Source: Bugula neritina | Taxonomy: Eukaryota > Animalia > Bryozoa | NCBI GenBank assembly: GCA_964035545.1 | Contig: OZ037767.1 | Span: 28,474,628 to 28,538,627 of the forward strand | Direction of reading: 5' to 3' | Length of the DNA stretch: 64,000 nucleotides | Position numbers and translations under genes: made by a program | Shown here: positions 1-13,300 of the stretch, in pieces | How positions within the stretch are numbered: position 1 is the stretch's first letter | How the letters are laid out: every line of letters starts with the position of its first letter | The notes under the pieces: generated by a model | What the model was told of the DNA's origin: nothing | What the model saw: the letters and a program-made list of their open reading frames with translations, nothing else | Database searches by the model: none

Positions 1-248
1 ATAGCTGATACAGAAGCATAAGACTGTTTGTGGAATTGTGGGAGATAATTCTATTATCCTAATGCAAGAAGAAATTGCAGAGGTTAGACAATTCCAACTT
101 TATAAAACTTTACTTTTTGCCAGTGAATAAACATCAATTTGGTATAGTTATCAGTTACTTTAGAAGGCCTAAAGTTTACAAATTTCTACCCAGAAGCCCC
201 TGGAGTGAACGCTTCTATCTCTTGTTTTGTTTATATAAGTAATCTCAC

Positions 249-3200
249 CTTCAGGCAAAGGAAAAGCTTCTTCAATATTAGCCTCAGCATCATCTTTCGG
301 CAGCATACAGCGATAGTAGGGGTACGGGTCGTCCCACGGGACTATCTGGCAGTAACTCTGTTCGTCCGGTGGACAAGAAGGCACTATCATACCGTCTTCA
401 CTAACACTGGTCAGGTCCACACATTCCAACACAAACTGCTTGAAGATGCGGTCAACATCTGCTCAAATACACACAGGAAGTTAATGGATAGCACTTACAT
501 CACCTCAGCCAGGTTCTCAGCAAACACAGCTACATATACATGGGCATTGAAGTTCAACTCTGGGAGTGTTTAAACCACAAAAATAATCATTTTCAATTCA
601 AATTTGTTGAAGTACTTCACTCTGAAATCAGTGTAATCACAGTGATTATGTCCAAGTGTGTTCACCTGTAAGGTAAGGTATGTATGAGTATGTCCTAGTG
701 TGTGGACCGAAGGTAAGGTATGTATGAGTATGTCCTAGTGTGTTCACCTGTAACGTAAAATAGGGAACACCAACCTGATGGGCTAAGTTCTTCATTCACA
801 CAGAAGTGCAAAAGTTGCTGTAACTTGGCGGCCCTTTCCATAGATTGTTTTTCAGATACATCAGGTGGCTCTAAGGCTCCAATGATGGGCAGCCTTTCCA
901 GCATAGCCAGCTCTGCCTCCTGTGAACAAATACTTAACTCACAGTTTACGACTTTTACGTACAACTTGCTTCATTGTTGCACCAATCAGGCTTGTCGGCC
1001 ACTTTATCCATGATCAAGTATTTTTAGTGTATATTTTTGTATATATAAAAATTGAAATATTTTGCCAATCAAGAAAATGATAGAAATATAAAAAATAGAA
1101 GTGCTTTAATAGCAATACACTCCTTCGTCATAAAAAACTCAGTTATTTACATGTTCACTATATTATGGTAAAAATGCTTGTATATACAAATTCACAATAT
1201 ATTTATGGGCTTCCATAATTTATTTAAAGAGCTCATGTGAATTATGAAGTCTAAAAATAATCAATAAAATACAACAAAAATATATTGTTCAGCTATGCAA
1301 AAGTTCAGGAAAAACAACATTCATTGCCACTTAATGCAAAAATTGACGCCTCATAATTCAATTTATTTACACACAGCTGGTGTTCTTAGTTTTACATTTA
1401 TTACGTCAAAAGATTGCCTTTACCTTAGCATTAAAGCCATAGACTGTAGATAGGTGATCAGTCCTAAAGCTAATATCATCATTCTTATTGTAGAGGGTGG
1501 GCTGCTTCAATACATGCGACTCTGAAGTCTCATTATTGAACATAGAACCTAGGCTCTGAAAAACAATGAGTCATGTAAGGCAAAGCATAGCAGGAAGAGC
1601 TATTCCAGCAAGGTGTTGCAAGGTGTTGGGGAATAACAGAATTTCTACATTGTCTGTATTGCTGATAGAGGGGGGGAGTGGGATATCACTAACCTGTCTC
1701 TCTGATTCACTAAGAGCTAGTTTAAAGGCTAAGCCGCCAATGTGTTCACATAGACCATGGTCCAACCCATCAGCTCTAGGTTGAGGTTGGACTTCAGATG
1801 GAGGCTCCTTACCCAGCTCTGTGGCTTCAATCTAAGATTATGTTATAAATATTTGATACCAAGCATAAGACAAAATTATTCAACAAGTACAGACATAATA
1901 TATGCTTATATTACACTGTACTATACTAGATATACGCATATATTACACTGTACTATACTAGATATACGCATATATTACACTGTACTATACTAGATATACG
2001 CATATATTACACTGTAGTATACTAGATATATGCATATATTACACTGTACTATACTAGATATATGCATATATTACACTGTAATACAATAGATATATGCATT
2101 TATTACACTGTACTATGTTAGATATATGCATATATTACACTTTACTATACTAGATATATGCATATATTACACTGTATATTACTACTATATACCTGCTCAA
2201 GCATGCAGTGCATAATGAGAGGTACGCTGACAGACTCCTGGGGTATAGCATTCATCATGTCTCTATAGTATCTCATATCCACATCCGCTGTCGGGTCAGC
2301 AGGCCCGTCCCGCGCCGTTTCTACAGCACAACTTGTGAACTATGGCTAAGCCAGCTACTCAAATTTTAGATACATACAAATGACAAAAGATGCACATCTT
2401 AGAGTAAAACCTTTTCAACATCGCGAAAGCTTCCACAGCCACTCAATCAGGATATGGCGGTGAAAGATGAGCATTGTGAAGGCTTCCAGTTTAAACTGAC
2501 TCGGTGCAGTTTGATTTGATAGAATATAAAATTTATAGCAATTCTAGCTGATCATAAAACAGTAAATCTGTCTTTTGTATAAAAGTAGTATGAAGTTACA
2601 GAAACACCACAATTTAAAATTATTCTTTAATTTTATTAAAAATAGATAATTGAGAAATTTTTAATTATTACTTTTTTTATATAAATAAATGAAGTAAACT
2701 TATATTTCAAATAATATTTTATCCATCTTTCGAGTTAGAATGAAAATGGATACAGTGGTATTGGAAATATAAGTATCCTTTATATATTTACATAACCAAA
2801 GTATTTAAAAATATTTCTCATTTATATATTTTAATGAAAATACTATAAAATGTTATATGAAGTCACAAGAAACTCGGCTAACCTGTTTCACCCATCACAG
2901 GTACATGGATGAGGTTCAGATTCTTCAGGAAGTTCTTGTGCTGCCTTTTAAGGTCAAGGACATCATAGGCCTTAACCGCCACTTCTTCGTATACTTGCAT
3001 CCCGTAGTACAACTGAGTGATTAAAAGTGGGGAGCATTTTATAGACTTAGAACAGCATTTAAATAAAATATAAAACGTCCCCTTGACTCCAACATACAAT
3101 ACACTCTATTTTGCAGAAAAAAACCCATAAAAAATAGCTTGAAACTTAATTTTGCTAAAAAGAAGCAGAAGTGACACCATATTTATCATCACTTTTCTGT

Positions 3201-6200
3201 TTATAAGAATGACATACTTCAACGCCAATAGAAATGAGCTTATTAGAGCTCTGTACTGATTTGAGAAACAGTAAAACTAGCGCTGGTGTGAGTGAGAAGA
3301 CAACTTCTTTTTCAAATGATAACATTATTATTTGAAATGTAGGTTTGCATTGCCTATACTGCATATCCAGGAAATCATTGCATTGTTATCAAGCATACAG
3401 TGAACCATAATTGCTATGTATTGTGTATTGTATATTGTATATTGAATCATAGAAAAATAAATCTACTATTATTTAATAGAATAATGTGTTTATATCGACA
3501 TTGTGTCGTCACAGTGAGCCAACCTTTTTCTCTCCATCTTTGTCATCTTCGAGATTCTCTGGTATCCATTCACTCTTCACAGTGACCTCTTCATAAGCCA
3601 TGTCATGCAGACTAGAGCCCTCTGGGGCAGACCCAGTCAAGAGAGGATAATCCCTCCAAAAACTGCTTAGTTCTGAAACTTCCTTTTCTTTTTTTACCCT
3701 TTGCTCTTCCTCTAAAGCTAGAATTATTAAATACTCAGTTGTAAACTGGTCATTATACAGTATAATATTATAATTATAAATATATTTAACACCGTGCTAC
3801 TTGTTAAACAGGTATATGATGGTTATCCTGATAGTAAAATGCAAATCCAATCTACACCTAAAGTGGAAATAGAATGAATTCACAGATATGTAGTACGTAA
3901 CTAATAATTTGTGAGTTGTCTTTCCATGAATACTCAACACTGGGGCAAGTGTTAGGTCATGTACAGTATAACAAAGACTAGCAAACTAAATAAACAATAT
4001 CTGTGGTATATGTAGTTTGAAGCGTTTTATTTATTTGTTAAGTTATCTCTCTCTTATTTCTACGCAGAAACCTACGTAAGATGTTCACAGTGTTGTGTAA
4101 TTTGTAACCCGCGGAAATCCAGCAATACCCGAAAATTTAACAAATAGAGGAACAAATTTTCAAACTAAAATTTCCAAAAGTTTTATTCATGACGAATAAT
4201 TTTGTTTCTTAAGTCGCTAACTTTTTGAAATACTTTTTACACAAAAACCAAGCTATTTTGTGGAGAGGTGTTTGTATTGACCTGTGAACATTGACCACAT
4301 AGCCTATATTCAGGATAGAGCGACAAGAAGCTCTCATGCTGCACATACATGACAAACTAATACAGACTTAGTGACTAATTTTCAGTACATCAAAGTAAAG
4401 GAATACCAGCGTAATAATCTATACACAAACATACATAGCCTGAGGGTTCTTAACTAATAAAATAGCCTAAAGGGACTAGCAGTGAAACATGGCGGCTATA
4501 AACATAGTAGGAGAATATGTACAATTTGATACTGATTATACATGCAGCATGTAGGTTGGTGCTACGCATTGGGCAGTGTGTGATAGCAAACTAAAGAAGG
4601 CATATACTGAATGATATGCAACGTAGAAATTAAGGCAAAAAATACCATCGCAATAAGCACCCAGACACTCTGTTCTAAGTGGTGTAACACAACGTAACTA
4701 TAGACACACATGCGGCACAAATACAGCTACATAACAGAACCATTTATCACTGCTGGGTGTTGCACAACTGCCTTCACCTATAAATTTCGCTCCTGACGAG
4801 TGCTTCGGAGGCCTTAACTGAACCGATGACGGTTTAGAAACTGAAACTACATTTAGGGAAAAAATACATACGATTAATAAATTGTACAAAACAACAGCTT
4901 GTCAAAAAATAACATAGACTTTATGCTCATTAAGGTAAGCATTGTAATATTAGCTAAAATAAATTATTCCTTCAATACACAAGAAGCGTGATTTATATAG
5001 TTGAAGTTATTTCACCATAACCATAGAATTTCAGTAACTGATGTTAGATTTACACTACATTTTTCTCCATTAGCCTAATGACAAATGAAAGTTATACTGA
5101 TAAATAAGGAAATGAAAATAGGCCTAGTATCAAAATAACGTACACATCGTTATAAATTGTACAGTTTCTCACCAAGAGTTTTCTCGTCTTTAGGAGGTAA
5201 ATTCTCCTCATCTATTTGAACAACTGGAGGCTCAGGATAAACGTCAGATTTTACTTTAATCACCGAGTCTAAGTAGATGCCGATAGATGCGAGTTGGTTA
5301 ATTAGATGTGGGTGGTTGAAGCCAGCTATTATGATGTAGAAAGAGGCGCCATCTAGTGGCTCATCATCTATAAATAAACAAAACCAATAAAGTATATTGC
5401 ATAAGATTCAAAAGCAAATGAAGCATCTTGACTCAGAATGCAGCCGAACACATTGACCAATCAGCAGGCTGGTTCTCCTTATTTTCATGAACTCTGATGC
5501 CTTACAAATAGACAAGAGTGAGCAAACTTGATTTATAATAATTGTGTTCGGCGAGAATTGTACAGCAACCTGGCAATAAAAATGTGATTATATGTGCACA
5601 ATAATTACTATATGATACAAAATTGTAGTAATGGCAATAAACCGAATATAGGTTTAATATATAGAGGGCTTTTTAATACACGCGTCAGCAGAATAGGTGC
5701 ATTATAAACCTAAAACTATTTAATTTCAAAATAAAACTATGAAGTCAAGACAAATCATACCGATATAAATCTTTTCTTCCTCGTCTCCTCGCTTTTTAAG
5801 CTTAGTTCCTCCTTTGATAGATGGTGGTTCGGGTGTCTTGCCACCCTTCCCTTTCTTGGCACCTGATTTAGGCTTATCTTTACCACCTTTCCCGCCTTTG
5901 GCAGCTCCTCCTTTTTCCTTGTCAGCAGCTGCCTGTAACATGAATTTTATTAGATTTAAAAGCAGCTAGTTGGAAGCTCGTACAGAATATAGTCCTGTAT
6001 GCCATAAATAGTGACATCTTCTAGAACGGCATTTCTTCTGACTGTGCAACACAAAATACAACTTTATTCTAGGAAATATAAAATACTTTTATAACAGAAA
6101 ACACTACAGAAGTGACTATACACCAACATGTGTGTCTGCATGCATATAAAATAATAAAGAAAGTCATATGCCATTTGCGATGACATCACAAATTATGATC

Positions 6201-8069
6201 CTGGGTTGAATATAAAATAAAATTTAGGTTAAAATAAAAATTCAATACTATATTCTACTATAAAACTATTAACCATATAATAACTTATGAAGGCGATAAT
6301 TTGTACAAACAGATTATGAGGTACACAACATTATTGTCCTATAAGTAGAAAAAATTGAGAAAAAAACATTCAATAAATTTAAAAAAAGAATAAATATTGA
6401 AGTTGTTGAGTCGGTGGAGAATTGGGTCAGCACAACATTTCTACCTCCTGAATTGTCCCCAGTTTAGGCGTGGCAGCGTTAGAGAAAGCAGCTCTAGATG
6501 CTGCCTTTAGGTTTTTGTCAGCTCGGCTTAGTGGTCGTGCTCTTATTTTATTAACCTCAGCAGAACGGTGAGCTGAACAAGCTCTGCTAGTTTGTAAGTT
6601 TAGTAGTGCCTAAGCACAAAGAACATGACAGAAAGTTATAGAACATATGACGATGGTTACTTGTATAATCTTTGGTTTTTCACATACTTTAAAAGTAAAT
6701 ACGTTTTTTACTAGTGATTATTCGCCTTAACTTACTTTATAGTTACTTGCCTAAAATGCATACTTAATATTGTAAAATATGTAATTATAATAACAATCAA
6801 AGATAAAAACTGTTGAAAACAAAAATGAAACTATCTAGTGTCTTTCTTACCTTCTTTTCATTGGCTATTCTTTGACTATCAATTTGTTTTAGCCACAAGA
6901 TCTTAAACTTGATAAGACGACAAAGTAGGGGGAGGGGTAACTCATCTCCATTCTCAATTATTGGTCTCACTGTCTCACAAATATCTGCGTGTGGAGGAGA
7001 ATCTTTACCTTTTTTGTTTTTTGGATTCCCCAAATCTTTCACCTAGAAAAGTTTAGAGTTGCAGTTTAATAATGCTATATCAGTCAGTAATCAGTTGTCT
7101 CCCTTGCAATGCAGAGAGGGCTCAACTCCAATATATTAATAAAAATTATTTCAATAAATAAAAAATACAAATTTATATAATAAATTATTGCCTTTTTAAT
7201 ATAATGACCTGATTCAAAACTAAAGTAGGCTTACCTCCTCAAAAAGACTGTCTTTGTGAACGATACCAAATAATTTTCTTGCTTCAGATCTCACAGCATG
7301 AGAAAGCATGTCAATATGCACCTTGTCTTCATGCTTGTTTCCAGCAACTAATGTGATACTACTTGTCCATCCTTCCTGTAAATATATACATTAATTACGA
7401 AAATGCATTGTACTTGATAACAAATAAACTAAAAAATATGACAGTGCGTTGAAAACGACAATATTTTTTTGTATATAAGTTTGCAGTTACTAATGTAATA
7501 TCATTAGCTACTTAAAATATAGATTTTATAACACATTGTACATCTACAAATAATAATATGACTATGATCACAAAGAATGAGAGTAAGCCATCTTAAACAT
7601 AATACCAGAAACCCAAATAAAATTTTGAATAAAAAAAAAATATTAGTAATACTTATCATCGGCTCAACACAAACATCAAAATTTCAAGCTAACGGGTGCA
7701 CACTCAAAGTGAGTAAATCAGACTGAGTCATTCATAAACTGAAAGTAAGATTGGATAACCATTGATGTAGTAGCAGTAGTGCTGATAGCATGAGAGAAAC
7801 TGACTGTCCAGCAAACAGTAAGTGTGATATTCCAACTGAGATTCACTGCAAATAAACTGAAACTCAAACTTAAAATCTTTCTCAGACTGAGAGTAAGAGT
7901 AAGTCAAGTTGAAGTTTAAACTCAAAGTCACACTCAGACTCCCTGCCATTGCCACTGCCATACATCAAAACTTCACCTCATCTATTGGAGCAGCTAGTAA
8001 TCCTGCTTCCCATTTATTTCCACCACCGCCTGCAGCAGAGCCACTTTTTCCTCTCGGTTTTTTCGACAT
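249..8069 (-). CDS. SPAG17: Sperm-associated antigen 17 (PF6-like central-pair protein), 5' part; gene continues off the left edge
   Basis: Phase-consistent GT-AG exons: 8069-7977, 7375-7235, 7042-6851, 5932-5761, 5367-5173, 3717-3524, 3012-2883, 2320-2193, 1831-1694, 1555-1424, 919-775, 458-249. Peptides [75 protein letters not shown] and VPWDDP match recalled SPAG17 N-terminal motifs. Confidence 0.9.
656..753. repeat. Short ~41-bp tandem duplication (x ~2.3) near the SPAG17 donor at 774
   Basis: AAGGTAAGGTATGTATGAGTATGTCCTAGTGTGT occurs twice. Confidence 0.85.
1897..2180. repeat. 32-bp minisatellite TATATTACACTGTACTATACTAGATATA(C/T)GCA x ~9
   Basis: Intronic array abutting the SPAG17 donor at 2192. 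Confidence 0.95.
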
Positions 8070-8400
8070 TTCAAAATGGTAGTGTAAATAAAATTAACCA
8101 GCAAGTAAAACTAATTGTAAATCATAACTATACGCGAGACAGGGTATGCCTTCTATTCCATCATGTTGCTTAGTAATTTTGTGACGGGACAACACCAACT
8201 CTACTCGCTGATGGCTAATTTACATTGACGTAGTGTCAACATAATGAATTTCTCCGAACTTTTCAGCACATTTTCTACGTCAATGAATGTTTCGTAAACG
8301 GAAATATAATTTTGCGCGTAATAGCCCGCAATAATTTGTAAGATCATGTTGAAGCTACTAAAATGTTTGGCTTATCAATTATTATCATTAAAATTTCTAA
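8070..8400. promoter_or_regulatory. Putative bidirectional promoter of SPAG17/DCAF6 with an X-box-like site and an inverted CRE-like pair
   Basis: Divergent ATGs are 1 kb apart. GTTGCTTAGTAAT at 8165-8177; CATTGACGTAG (8223-8233) and its exact reverse complement (8275-8285). Confidence 0.5.
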
Positions 8401-9067
8401 AAGTACATTGATTTAAGCTAGCTTTTAAACTATTGCTGTCTTTTGCTTTATTGTATTGCATCAATTTTAAACTCATCACAGTAAAGCCAATATGTATTTT
8501 TTCCAGGCACCGTTAAGTTTGCTAATAAATTATTAGTTTTACTTTTACTTTTAGTTTTAGTTTTAGTTTTACACTTACAGTTTTAGTGATTAGTTTTACT
8601 TTTGATTGTACTACAAAACTACAGTACATAAGTATTAGTGTAACGGTAACTATAAACAAATTGATAGTTAGCAATTGAATTTATCATTATCGTCATCATC
8701 ATAATAACTTTAAGTTATTCAGTATAAATATAATATAAATATATGCTATAACTCTAAGTCTATGTTTTATAATTAGTGTTAGTATTACTCAGAGTGGGAG
8801 TGAGTATTACTATTAGTCAGTGACCAGAAGAGTTTATAATTATTATAAGGGAAGTGGCAATGCAATTTCAATTTGAATTCATGCAAGTTTAAAAATAAAA
8901 GAACCGTTGAACTTAAAGTTTGTTACTTGTTGCTTGTTAGTTGTGTAAAGATGGCAATCGACTGACTCCATTTCTAATCCCTAATGCCAATGGCATCCAT
9001 AATCTACACCAAAATGAAATTGAATATAGATATTTGATCAAGAATCTTTTTCAATGTGATTATCATT

Positions 9068-10238
9068 ATGCTACAAGCTAGGTTTTTTAATGAGTATTCA
9101 CCAAGTCAAAGCTCTCTGTACAGCAAAGTGTTAGGTAAGTTATAATCATATTGAAGATCAATATTCTTAATCATTTCAATGAATATATATACACACCTCG
9201 CACATGTACATGTATATTTATATTTCTATAAACATATGCAATTTATTTTTATGATAATGCAGGTAATTAGTGACACCATATTGTTTGTAATAGGTATTAT
9301 ATATTTTTATCTTATAAATTGGCTAGTAGTACTTACATGCTTTTTGTGTTTCAAGGAAACAGCTCTATTATAAAACGATTTGCCATAGCAAAGAAGTTAA
9401 AAGTTCACCAAGGCTGCGTAAGTATGTAAAAATGCATAAGATAATAGCATATAAGTAAGTTCCTTTTTATTTTATTTTGAAAGCATGTTGTAAAGAATTT
9501 GTTTTTCTTATCAAGTTTAAAAAATTTTCTATTTCAATTTCACTCTGCTTTGAACAGTAATTTGCAGAAAGCTATGTAGATTACATTTTTCAAGGCATTT
9601 GTGTTATTTATGGCAACAGTGTTATTTATGGCAACAGTGTTATCTAGGTCAACTGTGTTATATAGGTCAACTCTGTTATCTAGGTCAACTCTGTTATATA
9701 GGTCAATACAATTGTTTGGAATCCAAGTGGTGAATACATATTGTCAGGCTCTGATGATTTGAAACTTGTTATAACAAACCCTTTCAATAGAAGGGTAAGT
9801 TGTTGGATCATAGTTCTAACAGTTACTAGTTATCTTTACCTGACTTAATTGTGCTAGTGTAGTTGTTTTAATCATGTGTGATTGGTAAATTCATTCACTC
9901 ATGTCATGAGATCAAACTTCTATTAAATTCTCTTAGGTTGCAGCCCGTATACCATCAGGTCATCGCAGAAACATATTTCAAGCAAAGTTTCTACCTGAAA
10001 ATGGCAATAGAAAGGTAATTGTTTTCATAGTTTGTACCAAACATAAAATTTAATAATTTTCACCATTATCTGCTTTTAATTGTAATAGTATAACTGAATA
10101 TTCAGTTCACTAAAGTAAATGCAGGTGCAACTTTGAATTTAACGGCTTATTCCGTTAAATTCATTATTGCACTTGATTTTATTAGAATTAATAAAGTTAA
10201 AATATTATTTTGAAATCCAAAAACTACTCAACTTATTT

Positions 10239-10311
<73 letters not shown>

Positions 10312-13300
10312 GTGCGTGTGCGTGCGCGCGCGTGTGTGCATTGGACTAGGAAGATCTGTAATATAGAGGGCAGACAACTCTAGTAAATATATTATATAAT
10401 GTTATATGATGCATGCCTTTTAGCATTTATGGCTTCCTACAGTTTAAAATAAATGATGTTTAAACTGTACTAAACACTATAATAGTTAGATACAAAAACT
10501 GCTGAGTGGCAGAGCACATTACTATCATAGTTTATAATATAAAAAACTTTTTCAGATTCAATTATTTGTTCAACTCTGTAGATTGTGTCTTGCTCACTAG
10601 ATGGCTCTGTCGCATTCACTCAGGTGGAGTTTCCTTCTCTCTATGGGAAATGCTTATTCAATTGCCACAAGAAAACAGCTTACCAAGTGAGTAATTTTGT
10701 TAATACTCAGTCATAAAGAGAACACTATGAATGCATTGAGTATGGACACTTTCATCACGCACTCAACACTTTCACTATCAGCTATGCTTACTCAATTAAT
10801 GTTCATACAATATAATGCCTATGTTCACTAATTTTGTTGGTTTAATGAGTTTTGGTGGCATTCATTTCAGTTTTAATTCTGTATGCTCAAGCTCAGCTAT
10901 AATTGTCAATTTGGCGTTATCTAAGTATTAATGTAATTTTGAAGGAGTTGAGATTAACTTTTGCTTGTATCATCTATTTCATAATTCTTTTGCTTTCAAT
11001 TTTCTATGCGTGTTAATAGATTCAGGTGACCCCAGGTGACCCCAATACGTTTATGACATCATCAGAAGATGGTACTATCAGGTTATTCGACATCAGAGAA
11101 CAGGAGTCCTGCACTGAGGTGGATTGTGACAAGGTAATAGTAATGTTTGTAATTTTAGCTGTGTTCCAACTGTGTATTGCGTGTGTATTAACTGTGTATT
11201 GATTCTAGAATCTAGAAAGTAAGATAAAAAGTAGAAACACCGGTCATAGAAACCATTAGGCCTGAAATGAAGTTTGTTAAACTAATAAGCAACAAAACTA
11301 TGCAAGTATAAAATCATTATTTATATTATTGTTAAACATTATGTTTATTAGTTTTAATGAAAGTTGCGTGAATTAATTTGAGTTAGTGCCAAAAATAAAA
11401 TAGTCTCTTTAGTAGTTATTGTTGTGATGCTTTTTATCAAAATGATGCAGTTACTCACAGCTTTTCAACTTGATGGAAATGAATCATATTTAACAATGCT
11501 CCTCGGAAGTTTACAGTTTCTATAATCTGAAAGTTATATATTTTGCAACAATGCCACCAAACTTTTAGTAACTTAAATGTTCAATGTTTTGCAATTTTTA
11601 TTTTTATTTGCAATATTTTATAGCACATTCTCTTAGACTGTAAATCCGGCATCCATGCCATGGCCATAGACCCAGTCAGATCCTATTACTTTGCGGCAGC
11701 TATAAGCAATGATTCTATCATCAGAGTGTTTGACAGACGAATGATGAAAGACATCAACAATGGTGAGTATGCAACTCCTAGTATACGGTGTTAGTCAGTA
11801 ATGGTGAGTATGCAACTCCTAGTATACAGTGTAATTGCTCAGTAATGGTGAGTATGTAACTCTTATAATACAGTGTAATTAGTCAGTAATGGTGAGTATA
11901 CAACTCCTAGTATACAGTGTAATTGCTCAGTAATGGTGAGTATGTAACTCCTAATATACAGTGTAATTACTCAGTAATGGTGAGTATACAACTCCTAACA
12001 TACAGTGTAATTACTCAGTAATGGTGGGTATACAACTCCTAACATAAAGTGTGATTAGTCAGTAATGGTGAGTATACAACTCCTAACATACAGTGTAATT
12101 AGTCAGTAGCTATAAGTATGTGTGTCACGGAATAGTAGTCTTCACTTGACTACTTATATGATTGCTTAGTTTGGTAGATACTCGCGTTGTCTTAATTACT
12201 TATAGATAGTATAGAGTAGCAACAGTCTTTTTATTTTATTTATTCTGTATTTATTTAAAGGTGATAAAAGATATGGTATACTTATTAATGTATCCAATAG
12301 AAAAAACTTCTTGCCAATAACTTATTTCAACTTATAAAGTAAATAGTTGTAAAGTTTTCTTAGAATAATCCCGAAGAAAGCACTGGTGATTCATAATGCC
12401 ATTATGTTTATATAGAAAATAGAGGATTATTAATAGAACATTTCAGAATACTAAATTCATGACCACTTTAACTTATATATTGCTATTCATACTGCTGTGC
12501 AGTATTGTGTAATGATGACTACTGCTATTAAATAGGCAGGCTATGTCTGTGACAATCTTGTGGTGTATTCAGTTAGTAGTTGTGCTGCCTTTAGATGTCA
12601 ACAAAACATCAGTTCGACAATACAAACTGCCCAGCAAGGCAAACGTGACAAGGAGAATGCAAACTACTTGTCTGGTTTATGACAGATATGGAGGGAAACT
12701 GCTGGCTAACACAACTCCTAAGAACATTCTAGAACTAGACTGCTGGGTAATTAACATACTTTTCTCAATTTGAATGAAAATTGGTGTTGAATTGAGAGGT
12801 TTAAAATTTTCTATTTTAAGATTGCCCGAGTGCTTTGACAATGCTGCTTTGCATTATAATTATATTATATTGCAATAACCTTGTTAGAGTAGTGCTAACT
12901 GTTGTGTTGATATTTCCAGTCAGACGAAGTGGTTGCCTTTGAGAATCTCTCATTGGCTGATAGTTCCCCTCGTGAATCAGAGCAGAACTCATCTGCTGAA
13001 CCTCATAACCCGAGGGTCAGATTTGCTGGTGATTGGACAGATACTGGACCGTCTGCTATGCCGGGAAATGAGTCTAGTGAAGGTAAATTTTGTTTTCATT
13101 TTGAGTTTATTAGCATACAGGAGGTGTGAGTTATTGGACAGCGCCATATATGTGTTCAATTACTTGGACGTAAAGACTATCTAGTTTTCAATAATAATTT
13201 ATATAATTCAAATGTTCATCATTGAATAATTTCATGTATGACTTATTAGTACAGAAATACAATGCTGGCTGTGACTCATCATAACCCCTTGAATATGCTG

